A stretch of 64,000 nucleotides of DNA from Desulfovibrionales bacterium. GTDB taxonomy: Bacteria; Desulfobacterota; Desulfovibrionia; Desulfovibrionales; Desulfovibrionaceae. A model generated the notes under the pieces. It worked only from the letters and a program-made list of their open reading frames with translations. It had not been told where the DNA came from and searched no databases. Position 1 is the first letter of the stretch, and the number at the start of each line of letters is the position of its first letter. This document shows positions 45,468 to 53,723 of this stretch, piece by piece. Where the stretch lies: NCBI GenBank assembly GCA_030156255.1, contig JASGMV010000001.1:46935-110934 (forward strand). The letters run 5' to 3'. Both the position numbers and the translations under genes were made by a program.

Positions 45468-47951
45468 ATGAGCAACGAGATGCTGATGGCCCTGGCCGGC
45501 CAGCCCAACGCAGGGAAGTCCACGGTCTTCAACATGCTGACGGGCGCCCGCCAGCATGTCGCCAACTACCCCGGCGTCACGGTGGAAAAGAAGGTCGGAC
45601 ACTTCAAACTGAACGGCCACAGCGTGGAGCTGGTGGACCTGCCCGGGACCTACAGTCTGACGTCGTACTCCATGGAGGAGCGCGTCGCCAGAGACGTTCT
45701 GCTGAACGGAAGCCCGGCCGTGGTGATCAACGTGGCCGACGCCTCGAACCTCAAACGCCACCTGCATCTGACGTTCCAGCTCATGGAGATGGGCGTCCCG
45801 TTGGTTATCGCCCTGAACATGATGGACGTGGCCGAAGAGCGCAATCAGCGCATCGACCACGAGCTTCTCGCCCGCAAGCTCGGCGTGGCCGTAGCGCCTT
45901 TGGTGGGCCGCAAGAACACCGGCAAGACCGGCCTGCTCGCCGCCATGATCCAGGCGGCGGGCGAGAGCCTCAACGCTCCGCTTCGACTGGACTACGGTCC
46001 GCTGGAGCAGTCCATTTTCGTTCTCGAAAAAGCGCTGGGCGACATTCCGGACCTGAACCTTCCCCACAGATGGTTGGCCCTCAAGCTGCTGGAGGCGGAC
46101 GAAAACGTCAAAGACAAAATTTCGGAGTTCGGCGACCCGGGAAAGGAAATTCTCGCCCTCGCCCAGGAGTTGTCCGCATCCTTTCAGAAGGCGACGGAGG
46201 AGACCGCGGATCGGTGGATCGAAAAACGGCGGTACGAAACCGCGGAGGCCATCGCCAAGGAATGCGTCCACGCCCCGGACGAAGGCGGCCCCACCTTCTC
46301 CGACAAAGTGGACCGCATCATCTGCCACAGGATTCTGGGCTACCCGATTCTGTTCGGGGTCCTGTACCTCATGTACTACCTGTCCATCGAGTTGGGCTAC
46401 GAATTGACCAACTACACATGGCCCGCGCTGGCCTGGGTCCGGGAGACCGCGGCGAGCGCGCTGCCCGCCGAAGGATTCGTCTCCGACCCCATGCTGCGCT
46501 CGCTCATCCTCTGGCTGGTGGACAGCATCAACGCGCTGCTCAACTACATTCCGATCTTTTTGATCCTGTTCGTTTACATCGCCTTCCTGGAGGACCTCGG
46601 CTACATGCCGCGCATGGCCTTTCTGCTGGACGCCTTTTTCCGGCGCTACGGCCTGCACGGGCAGTCCACGCTGCCGCTGGTTCTCGGCGGGGTCTACGTG
46701 GGAGGCTGCGCCGTCCCCGGCGTCATGGCCTGCCGCGCCGTGCCGGACGAACGCGCCAGGCTGGCCACCATTCTGGTGGTGCCCATGATGAACTGCCTGG
46801 CCAAGGTTCCCTTGTACATTCTGCTCATCGGCGTCTATTTCGCGGCGTACAAGGGGCAGGCCATGTTTTTCATCGCCACCATCACCATCCTGATGGCGCT
46901 GACCACCGCCAAACTGCTCAATCTGAGCGTGCTGCGGGACAAGGAGACGGCGCCGTTCATCATGGAGATGCCGCCCTACCATTCGCCCACGGTCAGCGGG
47001 GTTCTCCGTCGAGGAGTCGAGCGGGTCTGGATTTACGTCAAAAAAATCACCACGGTGGTGGCCGCAGTCTCCGTCATTCTGTTCGTGCTCATGCAGTTCC
47101 CCGGGCTGAGCTCCGAGCAGAAGGCGAACATGGACGCCCGGGCCCAAAAAGCCCAGACGGCCTTCATGCGGGCCGCGCAGAAAACGCCTTTGGGCGAGGC
47201 CGTCAATTCCCCGGAGAAGATCGACCAGCTGTTCGACTTTGAATCCCGTTACAAGTCCGCCCGCATGGGCGTTACGGACCAGAGCAAGGCCGACGGCATC
47301 GACGCCGACTTCCAGGAGGAAAACGCAAACTTCTTCGCCATTCTCAAGCCCGGTAAAGACAAGCAGGCCAAGACCGTCTCCCGGGCGTTCAAAAAACTTC
47401 GCCGCGCACGGCTGACCCTGCGCCTGGAGGCCAAGAACGAGATCATCAACCGCAGCATCCTGGGCGGGCTGGGCAAGTGGCTCGAACCCGTGACGCAGTA
47501 CGCGGGATTCACCTGGCGGGTGAACGTGGCGCTGCTTTCGGCCCTGGCCGCCAAGGAGAACACCGTCGCCACCCTCGGCGCCCTCTACCAACCGGTCGAC
47601 TCGGGCGACGAGGACAGCCCGAAGCAGGACAGCGCTCTGGAAAGCCGCATGGCCCGGCAGGAGGCCGGATTCACACCGCTCCACGCCCTGGCGCTGATGT
47701 TGTTCATGGCCCTGTATCCTCCGTGCATGGCCGCGACCATGGTGGTCAAGGTGCAGGCGGGATCTTGGAAATGGATGCTTTTCTCGCTGGTCTACATGAC
47801 CGCGCTCGGCTCCGTGGTCGCCTTTCTGATTTTTTCCGGAGGTTCGCTGCTGGGCCTCACGGGACTCGAGGCCATGGCCTGGTTCTACGCAGCTGCGGTG
47901 GCCGCAGTCATTGTCACCGGATTGATCAGGCCAAAACACGCCGAGACATGA
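45468..47951 (+). CDS. feoB: Ferrous iron transporter FeoB (copy 1)
   Basis: G-domain 'GQPNAGKST', 'NYPGVTVEKK', 'DLPGTYSL', 'ALNMMD', plus the polytopic membrane domain. Confidence 0.95.
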   Translation: MSNEMLMALAGQPNAGKSTVFNMLTGARQHVANYPGVTVEKKVGHFKLNGHSVELVDLPGTYSLTSYSMEERVARDVLLNGSPAVVINVADASNLKRHLHLTFQLMEMGVPLVIALNMMDVAEERNQRIDHELLARKLGVAVAPLVGRKNTGKTGLLAAMIQAAGESLNAPLRLDYGPLEQSIFVLEKALGDIPDLNLPHRWLALKLLEADENVKDKISEFGDPGKEILALAQELSASFQKATEETADRWIEKRRYETAEAIAKECVHAPDEGGPTFSDKVDRIICHRILGYPILFGVLYLMYYLSIELGYELTNYTWPALAWVRETAASALPAEGFVSDPMLRSLILWLVDSINALLNYIPIFLILFVYIAFLEDLGYMPRMAFLLDAFFRRYGLHGQSTLPLVLGGVYVGGCAVPGVMACRAVPDERARLATILVVPMMNCLAKVPLYILLIGVYFAAYKGQAMFFIATITILMALTTAKLLNLSVLRDKETAPFIMEMPPYHSPTVSGVLRRGVERVWIYVKKITTVVAAVSVILFVLMQFPGLSSEQKANMDARAQKAQTAFMRAAQKTPLGEAVNSPEKIDQLFDFESRYKSARMGVTDQSKADGIDADFQEENANFFAILKPGKDKQAKTVSRAFKKLRRARLTLRLEAKNEIINRSILGGLGKWLEPVTQYAGFTWRVNVALLSALAAKENTVATLGALYQPVDSGDEDSPKQDSALESRMARQEAGFTPLHALALMLFMALYPPCMAATMVVKVQAGSWKWMLFSLVYMTALGSVVAFLIFSGGSLLGLTGLEAMAWFYAAAVAAVIVTGLIRPKHAET

Positions 47952-48011
47952 GCGCTTTGATAATGCCGTGCAACGGCTCAACCCAACACCCCTAAAAGGA
48001 GGGAGGATTCA

Positions 48012-48329
48012 ATGAAACGTTTGTTCGTCGCGTTATTCGTCGCCGGGCTTGTCCTGGCCGCCCAACCGGGCATGGCGCACACGCCGCTGTTCTCTTGCTA
48101 CGACAACGGAGACGGGACCGTTTCCTGCGAAGGCGGCTTCTCCGACGGTTCCTCGGCCGCCGGCGTCCCCGTGCACCTCTTGGACGGCTCCGGGAAAAGT
48201 GTCCAGGAGCTGAAGCTGGATCAATTCAGCGAGATAACGTTCAAAAAACCCGCCGGCGACTATTCCGTCCAGTTCGACGCCGGAGAGGGGCATAGCATCA
48301 AGGTTCCCGGCAAAGACATTGTAGAATAA
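48012..48329 (+). CDS. Small secreted protein, predicted mature N-terminus His
   Basis: Strong SD GGAGGGAGG. Signal peptide '...AAQPGMA|HTPLF'. Two Cys and a beta-rich C-terminal part. Confidence 0.65.
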   Translation: MKRLFVALFVAGLVLAAQPGMAHTPLFSCYDNGDGTVSCEGGFSDGSSAAGVPVHLLDGSGKSVQELKLDQFSEITFKKPAGDYSVQFDAGEGHSIKVPGKDIVE

Positions 48330-48357
48330 CGGCTGAGGTGTTTTTTTTTACCTACTT

Positions 48358-48380
48358 ATTTGATAATGACATTCAATTTT
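48358..48380. promoter_or_regulatory. Fur-box-like site upstream of the DUF4198-type gene
   Basis: 'tatTTGATAATGACATTCAATttt' versus the consensus GATAATGATAATCATTATC. Confidence 0.5.
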
Positions 48381-48398
48381 AAATTCAGGAGGAGACGC

Positions 48399-49193
48399 AT
48401 GTACCGTTATCTCTTCGCAGCGCTGCTTGTGCTGTGCATGAGCGCCCCCGCCCAGGCCCACTTCCAAATGCTCTACACCCCCGAGGCTGCGCTGACCAAG
48501 GGCGGCGAGTTGGACCTCAAGCTCGTGTTTTCGCATCCCTTCGACGCCGGGCACACCATGAACATGGGCAAGCCGCTTCAGTTCTTCATGATCAACAAGG
48601 GCAAGAAAACCGATCTGATGAAGGATTTGAAGCCCATCAAGTGGCAAAGCCTGACCAACAGCGGCGATGCATACGAAGCGGAAGTCAAAGTCCGGAAAAT
48701 GGGCGACTACGTCTTCTGCCTGGTTCCCGAGCCGTATTTCGAGCCTGAGGAAGGAGCGTACATCCAGCAGATCACCAAGGTGATCATCAACAACTCCGGG
48801 CTGCCCACGGACTGGGACGCCGCGGTCGGACTGCCGGCGGAGATCGTTCCTCTGGACAAACCCTACGCCCTGTGGACCGGCAACGTGTTCCGCGGCGTGG
48901 TCATGGGCGACGGCAAGCCCGTTCCCGACGCCGAAATCGAGGTCGAATTCCTGAACCATCCTCCGGTTCCCGGCAAAAACATGTTCCAGAAGCAAGCCCT
49001 TGCCACGGCGCCGCAGGACGCATTCGTGACCCTGACCATCAAGGCCGACGCCAACGGCGAGTTCGCCTTCGGCCTCCCCAAGGCCGGCTGGTGGGGCTTC
49101 GCAGCCCTCGGCGTGGGACCGCTGAAAACCTACAAGGACAAGGACAATTCTCAGGACGCCGTCATTTGGGTCAAGGCTGTCGACATGAAGTAA
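48399..49193 (+). CDS. Periplasmic DUF4198-type metal-uptake protein (NikM/CbiK-associated family)
   Basis: Signal peptide '...SAPAQA|HFQMLY' giving an N-terminal His. Family-typical 'GDYVF', 'GNVFRG', 'DANGEFAF' blocks. Family assignment is from memory. Confidence 0.75.
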   Translation: MYRYLFAALLVLCMSAPAQAHFQMLYTPEAALTKGGELDLKLVFSHPFDAGHTMNMGKPLQFFMINKGKKTDLMKDLKPIKWQSLTNSGDAYEAEVKVRKMGDYVFCLVPEPYFEPEEGAYIQQITKVIINNSGLPTDWDAAVGLPAEIVPLDKPYALWTGNVFRGVVMGDGKPVPDAEIEVEFLNHPPVPGKNMFQKQALATAPQDAFVTLTIKADANGEFAFGLPKAGWWGFAALGVGPLKTYKDKDNSQDAVIWVKAVDMK

Positions 49194-49259
49194 CTCCTCC
49201 CACAACCCTGCAAACCAGGGCCCGGCTGCGTCCGGGCCCTGGTCCCCAAGGAGACGAAC

Positions 49260-50465
49260 ATGCGAAGCAAAATATGGGAGCTCAACGAGCTGCAATGCTC
49301 CATCCTCGGAACCTGCCTGAGCATCGGCGAACTGCGCCGAATCGCCAGGAAGTCCCGACTCGACCTGCCGGAGGACGCCACGGAGTTCCATATCCATTCG
49401 CTGTTCGTGGCGGTGTGCAAGGCCAACCGCTCCGAAGCCAAGGCCGTGAACAAGGCGCTGGATCGCAAGTTTTCTTCGGCCCTGCTCAAGTTCAACACCG
49501 GCAAGAGCGAAGAAGAGCTCCGAGACCTCTGGCGACAGGCCCGGGACAACGGAGACATTCCGGGTCCCTACTGGGCGATCATGTCCAACCCCCATCTTTC
49601 CGAGCAATTTCACGCCGAGGTCTTCGGCGAGGTGCACATGCTCTCCCACTTGGTGGGATCGGCGAACCGGGAGGACATTCGCCGGTTAAGCATCCTCGAG
49701 GAAGAACTCGAACGCGTACAACGACGCTGGGCCACGGCCAAAGCCGCCTACAGAAAACGCTTCAAGCGCCTGGAGGAGGAAAACAAGGAGGCTCGGCGCC
49801 AAATCGGAATTTTGGCCAAGGAGCTCGAAACGTACAAGACCAGGGCCGCGACCCTGGCCGATCCGACCCTGCACCAGGAAAACGAGGCCCTGCTGCGTAC
49901 GTTGTCGGTGCAGTCCGCCAGCCTGACGGAAGCGTCCATGCACAACGACCGTCTTTCACAGGAGCTGGACGACACCGCCCGGAAGCTGGAGCGGCTCGGT
50001 CGGGAGGTCCTCGAAAAAGACGCCGAAACAACCTTTCTGGAAAGCGAACTGCGGCGTCTGCTGGCGTCCATAGCCCCGGATCCCTGCCCCGGCGGTTGCT
50101 CCAAAGCCGGTACGGACGCCTGCCCCGGCCCCAACCTTTGCGGCAAAAGAATTCTTTACGTCGGCGGACGCACCAACATGGTGCAGCACTACCGGGCCTT
50201 GGTGGAGCGCCACGGAGGACGGTTCGAACACCACGACGGAGGCATGGAGGAGTCCCGGCAGTCCCTGCCCAAGATTCTGGGAGGGGTAGACGCCGTGGTC
50301 TGTCCCGTCGACTGCGTCAGCCACGACGCCTGCCAACGGGTCAAGGAGGCCTGCCGCAACGGCGTCAAGCCCTTGAAACTGGTTCGCAGCTCCGGGCTGT
50401 CCAGCCTGGCGAAAATTATCGACGAACTCGCCGACGCCGCCGAGTCCGCAAGGGAGGCGTTATGA
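49260..50465 (+). CDS. Coiled-coil protein with C-terminal DUF2325 domain
   Basis: C-terminal 'ILYVGGR..HYRALVERHGG.F.HHDGG....LPKILGGVDAVVCPVDCVSHDA...VK'. Long heptad-like central region. Confidence 0.75.
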   Translation: MRSKIWELNELQCSILGTCLSIGELRRIARKSRLDLPEDATEFHIHSLFVAVCKANRSEAKAVNKALDRKFSSALLKFNTGKSEEELRDLWRQARDNGDIPGPYWAIMSNPHLSEQFHAEVFGEVHMLSHLVGSANREDIRRLSILEEELERVQRRWATAKAAYRKRFKRLEEENKEARRQIGILAKELETYKTRAATLADPTLHQENEALLRTLSVQSASLTEASMHNDRLSQELDDTARKLERLGREVLEKDAETTFLESELRRLLASIAPDPCPGGCSKAGTDACPGPNLCGKRILYVGGRTNMVQHYRALVERHGGRFEHHDGGMEESRQSLPKILGGVDAVVCPVDCVSHDACQRVKEACRNGVKPLKLVRSSGLSSLAKIIDELADAAESAREAL

Positions 50466-50632
50466 CCTGCCGTTGCAGCATCGGGAGCCCCAAGCGCCCC
50501 GCTGATTTTTTGGCGCGCTCTTTCAAAGCCTTTCTGTCCAAGACGGCCAAAGAGCAGGAAACAATGCAACAACCCGAGCCAAAACAAATAACATCCCAAG
50601 CGTCCCGTCCAAAAGACGTCGACAACGTTTGA
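50462..50632 (+). CDS. Possible 56-aa CxC peptide translationally coupled to the DUF2325 gene
   Basis: Its ATG overlaps the upstream TGA (ATGA). 'MTCRCSIGSPKRP...'. No homology recognised. Confidence 0.3.
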   Translation: MTCRCSIGSPKRPADFLARSFKAFLSKTAKEQETMQQPEPKQITSQASRPKDVDNV

Positions 50633-50839
50633 GGGGCTTTTGAGATCGTTATGCAAGCAATAAGCGTTTATTCCCATCGGCCCGCCCTGTCCCGAAAATC
50701 CGGGAGAGGCATCGCAACGATGCCCCGCCTCCATTTCCTGAGACAGTTTCCGGCAACCTGAAGCATCAACACCCCGAGCGGGGCGGCAAGCCGTCCCGCT
50801 CCCAAAAGCGCCGGCCCCGCCGGCGTCATCGGAGGACGT

Positions 50840-51070
50840 ATGGTCACGCCAATGAGGAGCATGAGGGTCAACCAATGCGGCAAGATCCACGAAGTCAAAG
50901 CAAAAGGGGAGCTGGGCCGCCGAATCCGCGACATGGGCCTTGTGCCGGGAACGGATCTGGTCATCGTCGGTAGAGCCCCGCTCTACGATCCCGTCGCGAT
51001 CCGCATGAGAGGCTACACGTTGACCCTTCGAAACAGTGAAGCAGATTTGATTCAGGTGGAGGTTGATTAA
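50840..51070 (+). CDS. feoA: FeoA (copy 2)
   Basis: 'G.IHEVKAKGELGRRIRDMGLVPGTDLVIVGRAPLYDPVAIRMRGYTLTLRNSEADLIQV'. GGAGG precedes the ATG. Confidence 0.9.
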   Translation: MVTPMRSMRVNQCGKIHEVKAKGELGRRIRDMGLVPGTDLVIVGRAPLYDPVAIRMRGYTLTLRNSEADLIQVEVD

Positions 51071-51073
51071 CAA

Positions 51074-53254
51074 ATGGAGAAGATTCGCGTCGCCGTCGCA
51101 GGCCAGCCCAACTGCGGGAAAAGCACCATGTTCAACGCCATCACCGGGGCGACCGCGCGCGTCGGCAACTATCCCGGCATCACGGTCGACCGGCTGGAAG
51201 GCCGTTATCGCATGGACGGATTCGACATTCAGTTGGTGGATTTGCCCGGGACCTACTCGCTCACCTCGTACTCCCTGGAGGAGGTCGTCGCCCGCGACAT
51301 GATCGTGGACGAACGCCCCGACGCCGTGCTGTGCATGATCGATGCGACGGCTCTGGAGCGGAGCCTCTACCTGGTGATCCAGCTCATGGAAATGGAAATT
51401 CCCGTGGTCATCGGCCTGAACATGATGGACGAGGCCAAGCGCAAGGGAATCCGCATCGACACGGCCAAGTTGTCCCGACTTCTGGGCGTTCCCGTGGTGG
51501 AATGCGTCGCCCGCCTCGGCGTGGGCAAAGACCTGCTCATGAAGGAAGTTGCGGCTACGGCGGCCAAACACGCCCTCAATTTCGAACCGATCAAAATCTC
51601 GTACGGCGCGGACCTCGATCCGTTCGTCGACCGGATGGTGGAGTTGATCGAGGCGGAAATTCCCAAGGGAAACCGTCCGCCCGCAAGGTGGCTGGCGACG
51701 AAGCTCCTCGAAGGCGATGAAATCATCGCCGAGAGGATGCACGCGCACGGCTCCATAGCCGACAGGCTGGAAAAAATCACCGCCGAAGCCGAAAAAGCGA
51801 TGGAGACGCGCACGGGCTCCTATCCGGAAGCCATCATCGCGGACAGGCGCTACGGTTTCATCAACGGCCTCGTGCGCCAGGACGTTCTGTTCCGCGAAAG
51901 CGACCTGCGCTTCGACTTCTCCGACAAGGTCGACAAGGTCCTCACGCACCGCATTCTGGGACCGCTCATCATGCTGGGCGTGCTGTGGACCATGTTCTAC
52001 ATCACCTTCACGCTGGGAGCCGCGCCGCAAGGCTGGGTCGAAGACGGCTTCGGCTGGCTCGCCTACCTGGGATCCACCTACATCCCCGAAGGACTGCTCC
52101 AGTCCCTGATCGTCTCCGGAATCATCGACGGCGTGGGCGCGGTGGTCAGTTTCGCTCCGCTCATTCTGATCATGTTCGTCATGCTGGTCTTCCTGGAGGA
52201 CCTCGGCTACATGGCCCGCGTCGCCTACATGGTGGACAAGGTGTTCCGCATCTTCGGGCTGCACGGCATGTCCGTGATGCCGCTGGTGATGTCCGGCGGC
52301 ATGCCCGGCGGCTGCGCGGTGCCCGGCGTCATGGCCGCCAGAACGCTGCGCAGCCCTCGCGAACGGTTGGCGACCATCCTGACCGCGCCGTTCATGGTCT
52401 GCGGCGCCAAGACCACGGCCTACATCATGCTCATCGCGGCATTCTTCCCGCAGAACGCCACGCTGGCCATGTTTCTCGTCGTGCTCACGTCCTGGTTCTT
52501 CGTGCTGGTTGTCGCCCGCATCCTGCGCTCGACGGTCATCAGGGGCGAGCATACGCCTTTCGTCATGGAGCTTCCTCCGTACCGGCTGCCCACGGTGCGA
52601 GGCGTGGCGATCCACGCCTGGGACCGGGTCTGGCAATATTTGAAGAAGGCCGGCACGGTCATTCTGGCGGTCTCCATCTTCATGTGGGCGATGATGACCT
52701 TCCCCCAGTTGCCGGAATCGGAAACCGCGGAATTCGACGCGCAGCGCGAACAAGTCGCCCAACAAGTCCAGGCGGAAAACTCCGGCATGGACGCCGCGCA
52801 AATCCAGGAGCTGATCGACCAGAGAACCCTGGCTATCGACGAGTTGGAGAGTGAAACCGCTCTCAAGAACTCCATCGCCGGGCGCGTCAGCATGGCCATC
52901 AAGCCGGTGACGGATCTCGCCGGATTCCCCTGGCAGGCCAACATCGCCTTCGTGGGCGCCTTCGCGGCCAAGGAAGTCTTCGTTTCGACCATGTCCACGG
53001 CCTATTCCATGGGCGACGTCGATCCCGAGGAATCCGCGTCCTTGAGTGAAAAAATCGGAAACGACAAAGCCTGGACGCTTCCCGTCGTCTTCAGCGTGTT
53101 CCTGTTCATGCTGATGTATACGCCGTGCATGGTTACCGTTGTGGCCATTGCGCGGGAATCCAATTGGAAATGGGCGGCTTTCTCGGTGTGGGGAATGCTG
53201 CTCTTCGCATTCGCTGTCTCCACGGTCGTTTATCAAGTGGGATCAGCGCTATAA
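51074..53254 (+). CDS. feoB: Ferrous iron transporter FeoB (copy 2)
   Basis: 'GQPNCGKST', 'NYPGITVDR', 'DLPGTYSL', 'GLNMMD', plus membrane domain. Starts 3 nt after feoA2. Confidence 0.95.
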   Translation: MEKIRVAVAGQPNCGKSTMFNAITGATARVGNYPGITVDRLEGRYRMDGFDIQLVDLPGTYSLTSYSLEEVVARDMIVDERPDAVLCMIDATALERSLYLVIQLMEMEIPVVIGLNMMDEAKRKGIRIDTAKLSRLLGVPVVECVARLGVGKDLLMKEVAATAAKHALNFEPIKISYGADLDPFVDRMVELIEAEIPKGNRPPARWLATKLLEGDEIIAERMHAHGSIADRLEKITAEAEKAMETRTGSYPEAIIADRRYGFINGLVRQDVLFRESDLRFDFSDKVDKVLTHRILGPLIMLGVLWTMFYITFTLGAAPQGWVEDGFGWLAYLGSTYIPEGLLQSLIVSGIIDGVGAVVSFAPLILIMFVMLVFLEDLGYMARVAYMVDKVFRIFGLHGMSVMPLVMSGGMPGGCAVPGVMAARTLRSPRERLATILTAPFMVCGAKTTAYIMLIAAFFPQNATLAMFLVVLTSWFFVLVVARILRSTVIRGEHTPFVMELPPYRLPTVRGVAIHAWDRVWQYLKKAGTVILAVSIFMWAMMTFPQLPESETAEFDAQREQVAQQVQAENSGMDAAQIQELIDQRTLAIDELESETALKNSIAGRVSMAIKPVTDLAGFPWQANIAFVGAFAAKEVFVSTMSTAYSMGDVDPEESASLSEKIGNDKAWTLPVVFSVFLFMLMYTPCMVTVVAIARESNWKWAAFSVWGMLLFAFAVSTVVYQVGSAL

Positions 53255-53283
53255 TCCTCTATTGCTTTAATGGAGGTGTTACG

Positions 53284-53709
53284 ATGCAGGCCGCCAAATT
53301 ACAGACAACGCCTGGCCGATCCAAAAAGTCGATGTTCGACTATCGTGAAATCAGGTCTTTCGAACTTGCGGACGACCTGGTCACCATAGCGAGCAGATTG
53401 CACAAAATCTACATCCGGATGGACGCGCACAACGTCTTGCAGAAGTTGAAACATCGGACGGTCGATCTCTCCATCAATGTGGTCGAGGCGACCTCGCTGC
53501 AAGACCATCCGGAAAAGGCGCTGCTCTTTGAGATGTCTTTCGAGTCACTCAAGGACGTTCGCTACGAATTGAGCAAAGCACGCACGCTCGGCCTCTGCAG
53601 CGAACCGGAGTTTTTCCACTCCTACAAGATCGTCAATGAATTGGAGCGGAACCTTTGTTCGCTCATAGCCTCATCCCAACGCAAAAAGCTGCTCGCAGCC
53701 CAAGGATAA
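53284..53709 (+). CDS. Divergent four-helix-bundle protein (23S rRNA-IVS-protein-like family)
   Basis: 'LKHRTVDLSINVVEATS', 'FEMSFESLKDVRYELSKARTLG' fit the family pattern I recall (sQlrRAa.SI..NIaEG / GS..El...l). GGAGG precedes ATG 53284. Confidence 0.55.
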   Translation: MQAAKLQTTPGRSKKSMFDYREIRSFELADDLVTIASRLHKIYIRMDAHNVLQKLKHRTVDLSINVVEATSLQDHPEKALLFEMSFESLKDVRYELSKARTLGLCSEPEFFHSYKIVNELERNLCSLIASSQRKKLLAAQG

Positions 53710-53723
53710 GTAACGAGCAATCG

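Noticed and set aside
45456-47981. 841-aa ORF on the - strand
   Set aside because: Antisense shadow of feoB1.
48872-50461. Long + strand ORF in an alternative frame (part of 48872..50632)
   Set aside because: Overlaps the DUF4198 and DUF2325 genes out of frame, with Arg/Gly/Pro junk. Only its last 56 codons (50462..50632) are retained, as a low-confidence micro-ORF.
50189-53236. 1015-aa ORF on the - strand
   Set aside because: Antisense shadow of feoA2 and feoB2. His/Asp/Gly/Arg low complexity.
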